Shown piece after piece: positions 1-10,948 of a stretch of 64,000 bases of DNA (positions are counted from its first letter, which is position 1; each line of letters starts with the position of its first letter). The stretch lies in contig JBBQBV010000001.1 in NCBI GenBank assembly GCA_038318085.1, positions 2,728 through 66,727 of the forward strand. The letters are read 5' to 3'. Source of the DNA: Solirubrobacterales bacterium (GTDB lineage Bacteria; Actinomycetota; Thermoleophilia; Solirubrobacterales; Solirubrobacteraceae). A program made the translations under genes and the position numbers. The notes beneath the pieces are model-generated. The model did not search any database. It was not told the origin of the DNA and saw only the letters and a list, made by a program, of their open reading frames with translations.

Positions 1-227
1 CGAGGACCGGCGCCGACCAGCGCGACGAAGACGATCGCGCCGACGAGCAGGACCAAGCCCTGGCGCAGGCGCTCTGAGGACGGGCGGTCGTGCATGCAGG
101 CCTATGCGGGGCAGGCCCGCGAGCGGTTCACCTGCGAGATCGTATACCCGGCCCGCCACGCCCGGCTCGGCCATGGCGCGCCCAGCACCACGGCCCTCGC
201 GCAATCACTCATCTAGCATCGCGCTGC

Positions 228-593
228 ATGAGGCTCTACGCGCTGCGGGGCGCCACGAGCGTCGAGGCCGACGAGCGCGACGCGATCCTGGCGGGCACCG
301 ACGAGCTGATGCGCGCGCTGCTCGAGCGCAACCGGCTCGCGGCGGCCGACCTCGTGTCGTGCCTGTTCACCCTCACCCCTGACCTGCACGCGGAGTTCCC
401 CGCGGTCGCGGCGCGTCAGATGGGCCTGAGCTCGGTGCCACTGATGTGCGCGCAGGAGCTCGACGTCCCGGGCTCGCTCCCGCGCGTCATCCGCGTGCTC
501 GTGCACTGCTACCTGGCCGACGGGCTCGAACCCCAGCACGTCTACCTCGGGGAGGCGCGGAAGCTGCGCCTGGACCTCGAGGGCGCGCAGTAG
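228..593 (+). CDS. aroH: Chorismate mutase, AroH class (monofunctional)
   Basis: Internal ATG at 228 of ORF 90..593. MRLYALRGATSVEADERDAIL...LFTLTPDLHAEFPAVAARQMGL..VPLMCAQELDVPGSLPRVIRVLVH matches the AroH-type pattern. Lies in an aromatic-pathway gene context. Confidence 0.8.
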   Translation: MRLYALRGATSVEADERDAILAGTDELMRALLERNRLAAADLVSCLFTLTPDLHAEFPAVAARQMGLSSVPLMCAQELDVPGSLPRVIRVLVHCYLADGLEPQHVYLGEARKLRLDLEGAQ

Positions 594-607
594 GCTGACA
601 GCACACC

Positions 608-1687
608 ATGGCGCTCGAGTTCGCGGAGAAGCTCCGCCGTCTGACGGTCTATCCCGCGGCCGACGGCTACGCCCTCGGCCCGGAGGTCGCGCTGATGGCG
701 TCCAACGAGACGCCGTACCCGCCGCTGCCGGCGGTCCAGCGCGCGGTCGCGGAGGCGTTGGCGGGCGTCAACCGCTACCCCGACCCGTCCAACGCGCAGC
801 TGCGCCGCGCGCTGTCGCAGCGCTACGACGTCCCGGCCAACCGCATCGCGATCGGCAACGGGTCCTGCGACATCCTGCTCGCCGCCGGCGAGGCGCTGCT
901 CGAGCCCGGCGCCGAGCTCGTCTACGCGTGGCCGTCCTTCAGCGTCTACCCCCACCTCGCCGCCGCGTCCGGCGCTCGCGCGCTGGCCGTGCCCGTCGAC
1001 GCCGATCACCGCCATGACCTCGACGCGATGCTCGCCGAGATCACCGTCGCAACGCGGCTCGTGATCGTGTGCAACCCGAACAACCCGACCTCGACCGCGC
1101 TGGGGCTGGACGCCATCCGCGCCTTCGTCGAGGCCGTCCCCAGCCACGTCGCGGTGCTCCTCGACGAGGCCTACTGCGAGTTCAACCTGCTCGACGACCC
1201 CGACGCGTCGGTCGGCCTGCTCGACCAGCATCCCAATCTCGTGCTGCTGCGCACCTTCTCGAAGGCCTACGGACTCTGCGGGCTGCGCGTGGGCTACGCG
1301 CTGTGCGGCTCGGCGGAGTTCCGCACCGCCGTCGACGCCGTCCGCCAGCCCTTTTATTGCAACGTCGCAGCGCAGGCCGCCGCGATCGCCGCGCTCGGCT
1401 TCCAGGACGAGATCACGACGCGCGTGGAGCGCAACCTCGCCGAGCGCCTCGGCCTCGCCGCCGGCCTGTCGCGCCTGGGGATCGAGGCGGCCGACTCCCA
1501 GGCGAACTTCGTCTGGTTCGACCTGCCGGACCTCGAGAGCGAGCCCGAGGTGGTCAAGGGCCTCGCCGACCGGCACATCCTCGTCCGGGCGGGCGCCCCG
1601 CTCGGCCGCGCCGGCGCCCTGCGCGTGACGATCGGGACCCCGGACGAGAACCGCCGCTTCCTGGCGGCGCTCGGCGAGCTGGTCTGA
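608..1687 (+). CDS. hisC: Histidinol-phosphate/aromatic aminotransferase (class II PLP enzyme)
   Basis: 359 aa with NRYPDP, CNPNNPT and the RTFSKAYGLCGLRVGY Lys motif typical of the HisC/Pat family. Flanked by aroH and aroF, so an aromatic role is plausible. Confidence 0.8.
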   Translation: MALEFAEKLRRLTVYPAADGYALGPEVALMASNETPYPPLPAVQRAVAEALAGVNRYPDPSNAQLRRALSQRYDVPANRIAIGNGSCDILLAAGEALLEPGAELVYAWPSFSVYPHLAAASGARALAVPVDADHRHDLDAMLAEITVATRLVIVCNPNNPTSTALGLDAIRAFVEAVPSHVAVLLDEAYCEFNLLDDPDASVGLLDQHPNLVLLRTFSKAYGLCGLRVGYALCGSAEFRTAVDAVRQPFYCNVAAQAAAIAALGFQDEITTRVERNLAERLGLAAGLSRLGIEAADSQANFVWFDLPDLESEPEVVKGLADRHILVRAGAPLGRAGALRVTIGTPDENRRFLAALGELV

Positions 1688-2105
1688 CGCGAGCGGCGCG
1701 GGCCGGGGATACCACAACGTTCCACGTGAGCGGCCTCGCAGCGGCGGAAGCCGCCGGTGCCTGACGTTGTCCGTCATATACGAGGACAAGCTCAGACAGC
1801 GGCCCGCCGAGCGCATGGACCGCACACCATCTGCCTGCTACCTTTCCGCGAGCATGGCCCACCAGCCGTCCCTGCGTCCGCTGCTGCAGCGCACCCGCAC
1901 CCGCACCCCGCGGGCGGCAGGCTATGCCCACACGTACGGCGCCTGGCGATTTACGCGGGCGCTCGGCCGGCTCTCCGCCTGACCGGCGGACGCCGCCACC
2001 CGAAGGCCCTCTGGGCCGAGCGCCGCTCCGTCGCCGGACGTCTCAGTCCGCATCGCCGCCGGACCCGTACCCTTCCCCAGAGACTTCACAAGAGGTAGCC
2101 CCGAC

Positions 2106-3131
2106 ATGATGATCGTGATGAAACCGACGGCCACCGAGGCCGAGATCGATGCGGTGATCGACCGCATCCAAGGCGTTGGCGCCGTGGCCCACCCGTCGCG
2201 TGGCGAGGAGATCACCGTGATCGGCGCCATCGGCGACCGTGAGCACATCGCCCGCCTCGAGCTCGACGGCGCCCCCGGGGTCGAGAAGGTCGTCCCGATC
2301 CTGCGGCCGTACAAGCTCGCCTCCAGGGAGCTGCGCAAGGAGCCGTCGGTCTTCGAGATCGGCGGCGCCCGCGTCGGCGGCGAGCACTTCGCGCTGATCG
2401 CCGGGCCGTGCACCGTGGAGTCGCGCGAGCAGACCGTCGGGACCGCCCACGTGGTCAAGGAGGGCGGCGCGGCGATGTTCCGCGGCGGCGCCTACAAGCC
2501 GCGCACCTCGCCCTACGCCTTCGCCGGCCTCGGGGAGTCGGGCCTGCGCCTGCTGGCCGAGGCCAAGGCGGCGACCGGGTTGCCGATCGTCACCGAGCTG
2601 ATGGACGCCCGCGACCTGTCGGCGGTCCTGGAGGTCGCCGACGTCATCCAGGTCGGCGCGCGCAACATGCAGAACTACACGCTGCTGACCGAGCTCGGCC
2701 GCGCCGGGCGGCCGGTGCTGCTCAAGCGCGGCTTCTCGGCCACGCTGGACGAGCTCTTGATGGCCGCGGAGTACATCCTCAAGGAGGGCAACCCGCACGT
2801 GCTGCTGTGCGAGCGGGGCATCCGGACGTTCGAGACGGCCTACCGCTTCACCCTCGACCTGACCGCGATTCCGGTGCTCAAGGAGCTCTGCCACCTGCCC
2901 GTGATCGTGGACCCCAGCCATGCCGCCGGACGCCGCGCCCTGGTCGAGCCGCTGTCGCTGGCCGCCGCCGCGGCGGGCGCCGACGGCATCATCGTCGAGG
3001 TGCACCCGAACCCCGACCAGGCGATCTGCGACGGCCCGCAGGCGATCTTCAACGACGACTTCGCCCGCTTCGCCCAGCACGTCGAGCAGGCCGCCGTCGT
3101 CGCCGGCAAGGTTCTGCGCGCGCGCGTGTGA
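2106..3131 (+). CDS. aroF: 3-deoxy-7-phosphoheptulonate (DAHP) synthase, class I-beta with N-terminal regulatory domain
   Basis: 341 aa. The N-terminal about 70 aa form a ferredoxin-like/ACT-like extension. The catalytic core carries [22 protein letters not shown] and LPVIVDPSH motifs. Confidence 0.9.
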   Translation: MMIVMKPTATEAEIDAVIDRIQGVGAVAHPSRGEEITVIGAIGDREHIARLELDGAPGVEKVVPILRPYKLASRELRKEPSVFEIGGARVGGEHFALIAGPCTVESREQTVGTAHVVKEGGAAMFRGGAYKPRTSPYAFAGLGESGLRLLAEAKAATGLPIVTELMDARDLSAVLEVADVIQVGARNMQNYTLLTELGRAGRPVLLKRGFSATLDELLMAAEYILKEGNPHVLLCERGIRTFETAYRFTLDLTAIPVLKELCHLPVIVDPSHAAGRRALVEPLSLAAAAAGADGIIVEVHPNPDQAICDGPQAIFNDDFARFAQHVEQAAVVAGKVLRARV

Positions 3132-4198
3132 AGGTCGCCGTCATCGGCGTCGGCCTGATCGGCGGCTCCATCGCCCTGGCCGCCCGCGAGCGCGCCGGCG
3201 GGCACGTCACCGGCTTCGATCCGGCCGACGGCGTGCTCGACGCGGCGCTGGCGCGCGGGGCGCTGGACACCGCGGCGCGGACGCCCGCGGAGGCGGTCGC
3301 CGGGGCCGACGCCGTGTTCGTCGCCGCGCCGGTCGCCCGGCTGCCGGCCACCGTCGCCGCCGCGCTCGACGCGGCGCCGCAGGACGCCGTGGTGACCGAC
3401 GTCGGCTCGGCCAAGCGCGCCGTCACCGCGGCCGTGAGCGACCGGCGCTTCATCGGCGGGCACCCGCTCGCGGGCGCCGAGACGGCCGGGGTAGAGCACG
3501 CCCGCGCCGACCTCTTCGACGGCGCCACCTGGTACCTGACGCCCGACGCGCGCACCGAGGGCGTCCTGTACGAGCGGCTGCACCGGCTCCTCGCGGACCT
3601 CGGCGCGCGCCCGCAGGCGCTCGACGCCGACACCCACGACCGCCTGATGGCCGCCGTCAGCCATCTCCCGCACGTGCTCGCCAACGTCCTGGTCGCCCAG
3701 GCCGCCCGCGCGCTGGACGCCGAGGGCGAACGCCTGCCCGCGACGGGCCCGAGCTTTCGCGACGCCACCCGCGTCGCCGGCGCGCCGACCGCCATCTGGC
3801 GCGACATCTACCTGGCCAACGCCGACGCGCTGGGCACGCTGCTCGACGACACGATCGTCCGGCTGAGCGCCGTCCGCGCCCAGCTCGCCGCCGCGGACGG
3901 GGACGCGATCGCGGCCTGGAACGAGGCGGCCGGCAACGACCGCCGGCGCCTGCTCGAGGCTCACCTGGCGGGCCGCGAGGTCGTCCAGCTGCGCGTCTCG
4001 GTCCCCAACCGGCCAGGGGTGGTGGCCGAGGTCGCGCTCGCGCTCGGCCGCGCCTCGGTCAACATCGTCGACATGGCGCTGCATCCCGCGGGCGACAACG
4101 CCAGCGGCGTCATCGCCCTGTGGCTGGCCGGGGAGCCCGCCGCGCGCGCGGCCCAGGCGCTGATCGAGGGCCTCGGCCATCCGGTGGCGCGCGCATGA
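3128..4198 (+). CDS. tyrA: Prephenate dehydrogenase with C-terminal ACT domain
   Basis: GTG at 3128 overlaps the aroF stop (GTGA). [14 protein letters not shown] Rossmann motif, GGHPLAG and SHLPH motifs. C-terminal ACT-like segment [15 protein letters not shown]. Confidence 0.85.
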   Translation: MKVAVIGVGLIGGSIALAARERAGGHVTGFDPADGVLDAALARGALDTAARTPAEAVAGADAVFVAAPVARLPATVAAALDAAPQDAVVTDVGSAKRAVTAAVSDRRFIGGHPLAGAETAGVEHARADLFDGATWYLTPDARTEGVLYERLHRLLADLGARPQALDADTHDRLMAAVSHLPHVLANVLVAQAARALDAEGERLPATGPSFRDATRVAGAPTAIWRDIYLANADALGTLLDDTIVRLSAVRAQLAAADGDAIAAWNEAAGNDRRRLLEAHLAGREVVQLRVSVPNRPGVVAEVALALGRASVNIVDMALHPAGDNASGVIALWLAGEPAARAAQALIEGLGHPVARA

Positions 4199-5499
4199 GC
4201 CGGCGCTTCTTCCGTCCCGCTCCGCGCCTGCGCGGGAGCGTCACCGCGCCGCCGGACAAATCGATCTCGCACCGCGCGGCGCTGTTGGCGGCCATGTCCA
4301 GCGAGCCCGTGCTCGTCTCGAACTACCTGTCGGCGCAGGACACGCTCTGCACGCTGGAGGCCGTGCAGGCGCTCGGGACCCTGGTGCAGAAGCGAGAGGA
4401 CGGCCTCGTCCTGCGCGGGCCGGGCCTGCGCGCCGCCGCCGAGTCCGACCATCCGATCGACGTCGGCAACGCCGGTACGCTGATGCGGCTGCTGGCGGGC
4501 TGGCTCGCGGGCCAGCGCGGGGGAGGCGCCTGGACGCTCGACGGCGACGAGTCGATCCGCCGGCGCCCGATGGGCCGCGTGGTCGACCCGCTGCGGCTGA
4601 TGGGCGCGCGGATCGAGACCCGCGGGGACGGCCTGGCGCCCCTGCACATCGAGGGGCGCAACCTCGAGGGGATCGAGTACCGCATGCCCGTGGCCTCCGC
4701 CCAGGTGAAGTCGTGCCTGCTGGTCGCGGGCATCCTCGCCGACGGCCGCACCACGGTGCTCGAGCCGGCCGCGAGCCGCGACCACACCGAGCGGCTGCTG
4801 CTGCGCGGCGGCGTCGACGTGCGCCGTGATGGGCTCAGCGTCAGCGTCGGCTGTCACGACGAGCTCGAGATGGACTCGATCGCCGTGCCGGGCGACCCGT
4901 CCTCAGCCGCCTTTCACGCCACCGCGGCCGTGCTCGTGCCCGGCTCGCGCATCGTCGTCGAGAACATGGCCGCGAACTGGACCCGCGTCGGCTTCTACCG
5001 GATCCTCGAGCGCATGGGCGGCATCGTCGTCGGGCCGCTGGAGGAGCCCGGTGGCCCGCTCATCGCCGACGAGCCGGTCTGCGAGCTCGACGTCTCCCAT
5101 GGCCCGCTCGTCGGCACGACGGTCGCCGCCGGCGAGGTCCCGCTTGCCGTCGACGAGCTGCCGCTGGTCGCCCTGCTCGGCTGCTTCGCCGAGGGGGAGA
5201 CCGTCGTCGAGGGTGCGCAGGAGCTGCGGCTGAAGGAGTCCGACCGGATCGCCACGGTGGTCGACGGGCTGCGCGGCCTCGGCGCCGACATCGAGGCGAC
5301 CGCCGACGGCTTCGCCGTCCGCGGCACCGGCGGCCTGCGTGGCGGGACCCTTCCCGCGCACGGCGACCACCGCCTCGCCATGCTCGGCGCCGTCGCCGGC
5401 CTCGCCTCTCAGCAGGGCGTGGAGGTCGACGGCATCGAGGCCGCCGCGGTCAGCTACCCCGGCTTCGTCGACGACCTCGCGTCGCTCACCGGCGCGTAG
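4195..5499 (+). CDS. aroA: 3-phosphoshikimate 1-carboxyvinyltransferase (EPSP synthase)
   Basis: ATG at 4195 overlaps the tyrA stop (ATGA). [25 protein letters not shown] and LKESDRI motifs. The upstream part of ORF 2920..5499 is an out-of-frame shadow. Confidence 0.9.
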   Translation: MSRRFFRPAPRLRGSVTAPPDKSISHRAALLAAMSSEPVLVSNYLSAQDTLCTLEAVQALGTLVQKREDGLVLRGPGLRAAAESDHPIDVGNAGTLMRLLAGWLAGQRGGGAWTLDGDESIRRRPMGRVVDPLRLMGARIETRGDGLAPLHIEGRNLEGIEYRMPVASAQVKSCLLVAGILADGRTTVLEPAASRDHTERLLLRGGVDVRRDGLSVSVGCHDELEMDSIAVPGDPSSAAFHATAAVLVPGSRIVVENMAANWTRVGFYRILERMGGIVVGPLEEPGGPLIADEPVCELDVSHGPLVGTTVAAGEVPLAVDELPLVALLGCFAEGETVVEGAQELRLKESDRIATVVDGLRGLGADIEATADGFAVRGTGGLRGGTLPAHGDHRLAMLGAVAGLASQQGVEVDGIEAAAVSYPGFVDDLASLTGA

Positions 5500-5509
5500 G
5501 CTCTGCGGC

Positions 5510-6133
5510 GTGGTGATCGCCATCGACGGGCCTGCGGGCGCCGGCAAGTCCTCCGTCGCCCGCGCGGTGGCCGCGCGGCTCGGTTTCACCTACCTCGACA
5601 CGGGGGCGATGTACCGCGCCGTCGGCCTCGCGGGGACGCCGGAGGCCGAGATCCGCTTCGACGGCGACCGCGTGCTGCTCGACGGCCGCGACGTCACGAC
5701 CGCCATCCGCACGCCGGAGGCGTCGGAGCAGGCCTCGCGCGTCGCCGCCGACCCGGCCGTGCGCCGGGCGCTCGTGGCCAAGCAGCGGGAGCTCGTCCGC
5801 GACGGGGACTGGGTCGCCGAGGGCCGCGACATCGCGCTCGCCGTCGCCCCCGCGGCCGAGGTCAAGATCTTTCTCACCGCCGAGCCCGAGGAGCGCGCGC
5901 GCCGCCGCGCGGCCGACCTGGGCGCCGACGCGCGTACGGTCCTGCGCGAGCAGGCGATCCGCGACCAGCGCGACCAGGCCACGGGCGACCGCTCGGTGAC
6001 CGAGCCCGCTCCCGGCGCCACGCCCTTGGACACGACGGGCCTGACGCTCGACGAGGTCGTCGACCGGATCGCCGGGATGGCCAACGCGGCCGCAGGCCGC
6101 CACGGTGACGAGCGAAGCGAGGCCGCACGATGA
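5510..6133 (+). CDS. cmk: Cytidylate kinase
   Basis: GTG at 5510. [35 protein letters not shown] is a P-loop plus Cmk signature. Confidence 0.85.
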   Translation: MVIAIDGPAGAGKSSVARAVAARLGFTYLDTGAMYRAVGLAGTPEAEIRFDGDRVLLDGRDVTTAIRTPEASEQASRVAADPAVRRALVAKQRELVRDGDWVAEGRDIALAVAPAAEVKIFLTAEPEERARRRAADLGADARTVLREQAIRDQRDQATGDRSVTEPAPGATPLDTTGLTLDEVVDRIAGMANAAAGRHGDERSEAAR

Positions 6134-7452
6134 AGGTCGCGGTCCTCGGCTACCCCAACGTCGGCAAGTCCTCGCTGGTCAATCGCCTCACGCAGTCGCG
6201 CGACGCCGTCGTGCACGAGACGGCGGGCGTCACGCGCGACCGGCGCGAGCTCGAGACCGACTGGAACGGGCGCCGCATTCACCTGATCGACACCGGCGGC
6301 ATCGACCTCGACGCCGACGACCCGCTCACGGTCTCGATCGCCGACCAGTCGCGCGCGGCGCTGCTCGACGCCGACCTCGCGGTGCTCGTGGTCGACGCCC
6401 GCGCGGGCCAGCGCCCCGGGGACGCGGAGATCGCCGACCTCCTGCGCCGATGGGACGGCCCGGTGCTGCTCGCCGCCAACAAGATCGACTCGCCCCGCGA
6501 CATGCCGTTGGCCGCCGAGTTCTACAGCCTCGGCCTGGGCGATCCGCTGCCGGTCTCGGCCGCGCAGGGCCTCGGCACGGGCGACCTGCTCGACGCGATC
6601 ATCGCCGTCGGGCCCGACGCCGACAGCGAGGCCGACGACGACGAGGAGACCTTCCGGCTGGCCATCATCGGGCGCCCGAACGTCGGCAAGTCCTCGCTGC
6701 TGAACACCTTCCTGGGCTACGAGCGCGTCCTCGTCTCCGAGGTCGCGGGCACCACCCGCGACCCGATCGACATGGAGTTGGAGGTCGAAGGGCGAAAGAT
6801 GCGCCTGGTCGACACCGCGGGCATCCGGCGGGCCGCCAAGGTCAAAGAGTCCGTCGAGTACTACACGGCCCTGCGCTCGCAGCGGGCGGCGGAGCGCGCC
6901 GATGTCGCGTTCGTCGTCTGCGACGCGACCGAGGGCGTCACCTCCCAGGACCTGCGGGTCGCCGACCTCGCGATGCGCTCGGGCTGCGCGACCGCGCTCG
7001 TCCTGAACAAGTGGGACCTGACGAGCGGTGAGGAGTTCGACCTCGAGCACGAGCGCCAGGTCGTGCTGCGCAAGCTGCGGCTACGGCCCAAGCTGCTGAC
7101 CGCGTCGGCCATGACCGGCCGCCACGTCGCGCGCCTGCTCGTCGAGGCGATTTCCCTCGCCGACCGGCGCCGCCACCGCATCCCGACGCCCGAGCTGAAC
7201 AACTTCATGGCCGAGATCGTCGGAATCCGCCAGCCCCCGGCCAAGCAGGGCCACCGGCTGAAGATGCTCTACGGCGCCCAGATCGGGGTGAACCCGCCGC
7301 GCTTCTCGATCCAGGTCAACTCGCGCGACCGCGTCACCCGCGACTACGCCTACTTCGTCGAGAACCGCCTGCGCGAGCGCTACGGCCTCGACGGCATCCC
7401 GCTGATCATCGACTTCAACGAGCGCAAGCAACGGCGGCGGTCCGAGCCGTGA
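6130..7452 (+). CDS. der: Ribosome-associated GTPase Der (EngA), double G-domain
   Basis: ATGA overlap with cmk. Two GxxxxGKS P-loops ([18 protein letters not shown]), two DTGG/DTAG motifs and NKxD motifs, and a KH-like C-terminus. Confidence 0.9.
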   Translation: MKVAVLGYPNVGKSSLVNRLTQSRDAVVHETAGVTRDRRELETDWNGRRIHLIDTGGIDLDADDPLTVSIADQSRAALLDADLAVLVVDARAGQRPGDAEIADLLRRWDGPVLLAANKIDSPRDMPLAAEFYSLGLGDPLPVSAAQGLGTGDLLDAIIAVGPDADSEADDDEETFRLAIIGRPNVGKSSLLNTFLGYERVLVSEVAGTTRDPIDMELEVEGRKMRLVDTAGIRRAAKVKESVEYYTALRSQRAAERADVAFVVCDATEGVTSQDLRVADLAMRSGCATALVLNKWDLTSGEEFDLEHERQVVLRKLRLRPKLLTASAMTGRHVARLLVEAISLADRRRHRIPTPELNNFMAEIVGIRQPPAKQGHRLKMLYGAQIGVNPPRFSIQVNSRDRVTRDYAYFVENRLRERYGLDGIPLIIDFNERKQRRRSEP

Positions 7453-8918
7453 CCACCGGGATCGCGGTGTCCGCACTCGCAGCCGCGGCCGCGGTCGTGG
7501 TCGCGTTGCTCATGCTGCTCTTCGGCGGCACGAGCGCCCCGGTGGACCGCGCCGACACGCTCGTCCCCGCCGACGCTCTGGTCTATGTCCACGTGTCGAC
7601 CGACCCCGGCCGCGACCAGGACGCCCAGCTGCTCAACCGCCTGCAGCGCTTCCCGGCCTTCGAGAAGCTGCGCAAGCGGGTCCAGGCCGCGATCGGCCCG
7701 CGCGCCGGCGCCTTTGACTACAAGCGCGACGTGCGCTCCTGGCTGGGCAAGGAGGCCGCCTTCGCCATCACGCCGCACGGCCTGCTGATCCTGCTGTCCG
7801 TCGCCAAGGAGCCGACCGCTCAGGGCGTCCTGCAGCGCATCGCCGGCGGCCAGGCCGCCACCCGCCACGCGGGCGTCGTGGTACGCCACTACGGCGCCGG
7901 GGCCGCCGCGTTCGTCGGCGGCTTCTTGGCGATCGGCCCCGAGCCGGTCGTCGACCAGGTCATCGACCTGCACGCTCCGAAGAGCCGGGAGCGCCCGCTC
8001 AGCCGGGTGACCGAGTACGCCCGCGCAGCCAAGCTGCGGCCCGAGGACCGGGCGCTGGACGCCTGGGCCGCTCCCGGAGCCGTCCGGCTCGCGCTCCCGC
8101 CCCGCTTCGCGGGCCTGCTCGGCGACCGCCCCGTGTCCCTCAGCGCCGCGCCCACCGACAACGGCCTGCACGTCGAGGCGCTGCGGCTCGGCGGCGCCGG
8201 CAAGCGCTCCGAGTTCGGGCCCAAGCTGCTCGACCGCGTGCCCGACGACGTCCTCGCCTACGTCGGCGTCCGCGGGCTGCGGGCCCTCGGGGCGCTGCTG
8301 CCAGCCGCCGCCGGCAAGGCCGCGGGCGGGCTGCGCCGCGGCCTCAAGCCCCTGCTGGCCACGCTCGACGGCGAGGTCGCGATCTTCATCACACCCGCCT
8401 CCCCGGAACCCGTCGTCGCGCTGGTCGCCCGGACCGCAGACGCCGCGGCCGCGCGCGAGGCGCTCGCCGGCCTGCAGGGCGTGATCGCCGGCCTGCTGGC
8501 GGGCTCGGAGGACGCGACAGGCCAGGTGCCGACCTTCGAGGAGCGCGATCTCGGTGGCGGCCTCGACGGCTACGCCCTCAGGCTGGCCGGAGGCGGAGAG
8601 CTCGTCTACGCCGTGTCCGGCGATCGCGTGATCGTTTCCAACGCCGACGACGGCGTACGCCGGACGACCGGTGATGAAGCCTCGCTGCGCGACCGCAGCG
8701 ATTTCGAGACGACCGTGCCCGGCGTGCCCGACGCCGCCGAGGCGATAGCCTTCGTGCTTCCAAGCCAGCTCCTGGCTCTCGGCGACCAGGCGGGCCTCGA
8801 CGCCGGCTCTGCCTATCGCTCCGTCCGCGACGAGTTCCGCAAGGTCCGCGCGGTCGGCGCCACCGTCCGGCGCCAGGGTAACGACACGATCGCGGAGTTG
8901 AACTTCCTCTTCCCATGA
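7449..8918 (+). CDS. Membrane-anchored hypothetical protein (DUF3352-like)
   Basis: GTGA overlap with der. N-terminal TM helix ([22 protein letters not shown]) followed by a large Ala/Leu-rich extracytoplasmic domain. The family assignment is from memory only. Confidence 0.55.
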   Translation: MTTGIAVSALAAAAAVVVALLMLLFGGTSAPVDRADTLVPADALVYVHVSTDPGRDQDAQLLNRLQRFPAFEKLRKRVQAAIGPRAGAFDYKRDVRSWLGKEAAFAITPHGLLILLSVAKEPTAQGVLQRIAGGQAATRHAGVVVRHYGAGAAAFVGGFLAIGPEPVVDQVIDLHAPKSRERPLSRVTEYARAAKLRPEDRALDAWAAPGAVRLALPPRFAGLLGDRPVSLSAAPTDNGLHVEALRLGGAGKRSEFGPKLLDRVPDDVLAYVGVRGLRALGALLPAAAGKAAGGLRRGLKPLLATLDGEVAIFITPASPEPVVALVARTADAAAAREALAGLQGVIAGLLAGSEDATGQVPTFEERDLGGGLDGYALRLAGGGELVYAVSGDRVIVSNADDGVRRTTGDEASLRDRSDFETTVPGVPDAAEAIAFVLPSQLLALGDQAGLDAGSAYRSVRDEFRKVRAVGATVRRQGNDTIAELNFLFP

Positions 8919-10147
8919 GTTACGCCGAGAACGAGTACCTGTTCACGTCAGAGTCCGTCACCGAGGGACACCCCGACAAGATCGCCGACCAGATCTCCGA
9001 CGGCGTGCTCGACGCCGTGCTGGCCGAGGATCCCTACGGCCGCGTGGCGTGCGAGACGCTCGTCAACACCGGCCTCGTGGTCGTGTCGGGCGAGATCTCC
9101 ACCTCGACCTTCGTCGACATCCAGCAGGTCGCCCGCGACACCGTGCGCAAGATCGGCTACGTCGACGCCGATCTCGGCTTCTCGGCCGACTCCTGCGCCG
9201 TGCTGAACACGATCGACAAGCAGTCGCCGGACATCGCGCAGGGCGTGGACTCGGCCCACGAGGTCCGCACCACGGGCCTGCAGGACGACGAGCTCGATGT
9301 CGCGGGCGCCGGGGACCAGGGCATGATGTTCGGCTACGCGTCCAACGAGACGCCGGAGCTGATGCCGCTGCCGATCCTGATGGCGCACCGCCTCGCCGAG
9401 CGCCTGGCGGCCGTGCGCAAGGACGGCTCGCTGGACTACCTGCGCCCGGACGGCAAGACGCAGGTCTCCGTGCGCTACGCCGACGGCAAGCCGGTCGAGA
9501 TCGAGAAGCTGCTGATCTCCTCGCAGCATCGCGAGGGAGCCGAGTCGCGCATTCCCGGCGACCTCTGGGAGCAGGTCGTGCTCCCGACGCTGCCCGAGGA
9601 GCTGTTCGACGCCGACAAGCTGCGCAAGTCCTTTCTCGTGAACCCGACGGGGCGCTTCGTCATCGGCGGTCCCGTCGGCGACTGCGGGCTGACCGGCCGC
9701 AAGATCATCGTCGACACCTACGGCGGCATGGCCCGCCACGGCGGCGGCGCGTTCAGTGGCAAGGACCCGTCGAAGGTGGACCGCTCGGCCGCCTACGCCG
9801 CGCGCTACGTCGCCAAGAACGTCGTCGCCGCCGGCCTCGCCGACCGCTGCGAGGTCCAGGTCGCCTACGCGATCGGCGTCTCGCACCCCGTCTCGGTGAT
9901 GGTCGAGACCTTCGGCACCGAGCACGTCAGCCTGGCCACGATCGCCGAGCTGGTCGACCGGCACTTCGACCTGCGCCCGGGGGCCTTCCGCGAGTACCTG
10001 CAGCTGCACCGCCCGATCTACCAGAAGACCGCCGCCTACGGCCACTTCGGCCGCGAGGACCCGGACTTCAACTGGGAGCGGACCGACCGGGCCGAGCAGC
10101 TGCGCTCCGAGGCCGGCCTCAGCGCGGCCGCGGCGCCCGTCTCCTAG
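8915..10147 (+). CDS. metK: S-adenosylmethionine synthetase
   Basis: ATGA overlap with the upstream gene. [32 protein letters not shown] and [16 protein letters not shown] signatures. Confidence 0.95.
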   Translation: MSYAENEYLFTSESVTEGHPDKIADQISDGVLDAVLAEDPYGRVACETLVNTGLVVVSGEISTSTFVDIQQVARDTVRKIGYVDADLGFSADSCAVLNTIDKQSPDIAQGVDSAHEVRTTGLQDDELDVAGAGDQGMMFGYASNETPELMPLPILMAHRLAERLAAVRKDGSLDYLRPDGKTQVSVRYADGKPVEIEKLLISSQHREGAESRIPGDLWEQVVLPTLPEELFDADKLRKSFLVNPTGRFVIGGPVGDCGLTGRKIIVDTYGGMARHGGGAFSGKDPSKVDRSAAYAARYVAKNVVAAGLADRCEVQVAYAIGVSHPVSVMVETFGTEHVSLATIAELVDRHFDLRPGAFREYLQLHRPIYQKTAAYGHFGREDPDFNWERTDRAEQLRSEAGLSAAAAPVS

Positions 10148-10644
10148 GCTGCCGGCTCCACCTCGCGCAGCCTGCCCGTCTCGACCTCGTAGACGAACCC
10201 GCGAACCGCGTCCTTGTTCGGGATGAAGGGGCTCGCCTGGATGCGTGCGATCGACTCGCGCACGTCGCCCTCGAGGTCGCTGAAGGCCTCCGGCCCCCAG
10301 GTCGGCTCCTCGCCGGTGGCCTCCTTGAGCTGCGCCTTGAACGCCTCGTCGGTGAAGGTGAGCATCCCGCAGTCCGTGTGGTGGATGAGGATGATCTCCT
10401 TGGTCCCCAGCAGGTGCTGGGAGATGGAGAGCGACCGGATCTCGTCGTCGGTGATGACGCCGCCGGCGTTGCGGATGACGTGCGCGTCGCCCTCCTGCAG
10501 GCCCAGCGCGCCGTAGACGTTCACCCGCGCGTCCATGCAGGCGACGACCGCGACCTGCTTGCCGGGCGGCATGGGGAGCTCGCCCTTGTCGAAGGCGGCG
10601 GCGTAGGCCTCGTTGTTGGCGATCAGCTCGTCGGTGACGCTCAT
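10144..10644 (-). CDS. Beta-class carbonic anhydrase
   Basis: 166 aa with the VVACMDARV ... HHTDCGM zinc-ligand pattern (Cys-Asp-Arg, His-x-x-Cys). Shares the tetranucleotide CTAG with the convergent metK stop. Confidence 0.85.
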   Translation of the reverse strand: MSVTDELIANNEAYAAAFDKGELPMPPGKQVAVVACMDARVNVYGALGLQEGDAHVIRNAGGVITDDEIRSLSISQHLLGTKEIILIHHTDCGMLTFTDEAFKAQLKEATGEEPTWGPEAFSDLEGDVRESIARIQASPFIPNKDAVRGFVYEVETGRLREVEPAA

Positions 10645-10741
10645 GTGGACGGGTGCTTCCTCTTGAGTCGGGGGTTCGGTGCCCTCCTACCCACGAGGGA
10701 AGGACGGGAACGGTTCTGTCACACTGTCGGCCGAGCCTGAC

Positions 10742-10948
10742 ATGCCTGACGCCCTCGAACTCCTCGTATCGCGCCTGGAGCGCACAGCGGCCGAACTGCG
10801 TTCGGGCGACCTCGAGCCGGCCCACGCCGCCAGCGTCGTCGACGACCTCGCGCGGCTCGCCGCCGAGGCCGGGGGCGAGCTGGACAGGCGCGTGCGCATC
10901 GGCGACCAGCCGCTCGGTCCTGCCGGTCAGCTCGCGCTGCACGCGTGA
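10742..10948 (+). CDS. xseB: Exodeoxyribonuclease VII small subunit (putative)
   Basis: 68 aa helical protein (LELLVSRLERTAAELRSGDLEP...). It sits immediately upstream of and coupled to ispA-dxs, the same xseB-ispA-dxs order as in E. coli. Confidence 0.6.
   Translation: MPDALELLVSRLERTAAELRSGDLEPAHAASVVDDLARLAAEAGGELDRRVRIGDQPLGPAGQLALHA

Noticed and set aside
1892-1909. (CACCCG)x3 tandem micro-repeat, checked as a possible CRISPR or repeat array
   Set aside because: It has only three 6-nt units, with no spacers and no further copies. It is too short to be anything but a simple sequence repeat.
2408-5499. Very long plus-strand ORFs (2408..4198, 596 aa; 2920..5499, 859 aa) suggesting fused proteins
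   Set aside because: Only the 3' parts (from 3128 and 4195) match tyrA and aroA. The upstream parts are out-of-frame overlaps with aroF/tyrA, Arg/Pro-rich, and each real start overlaps the preceding stop.
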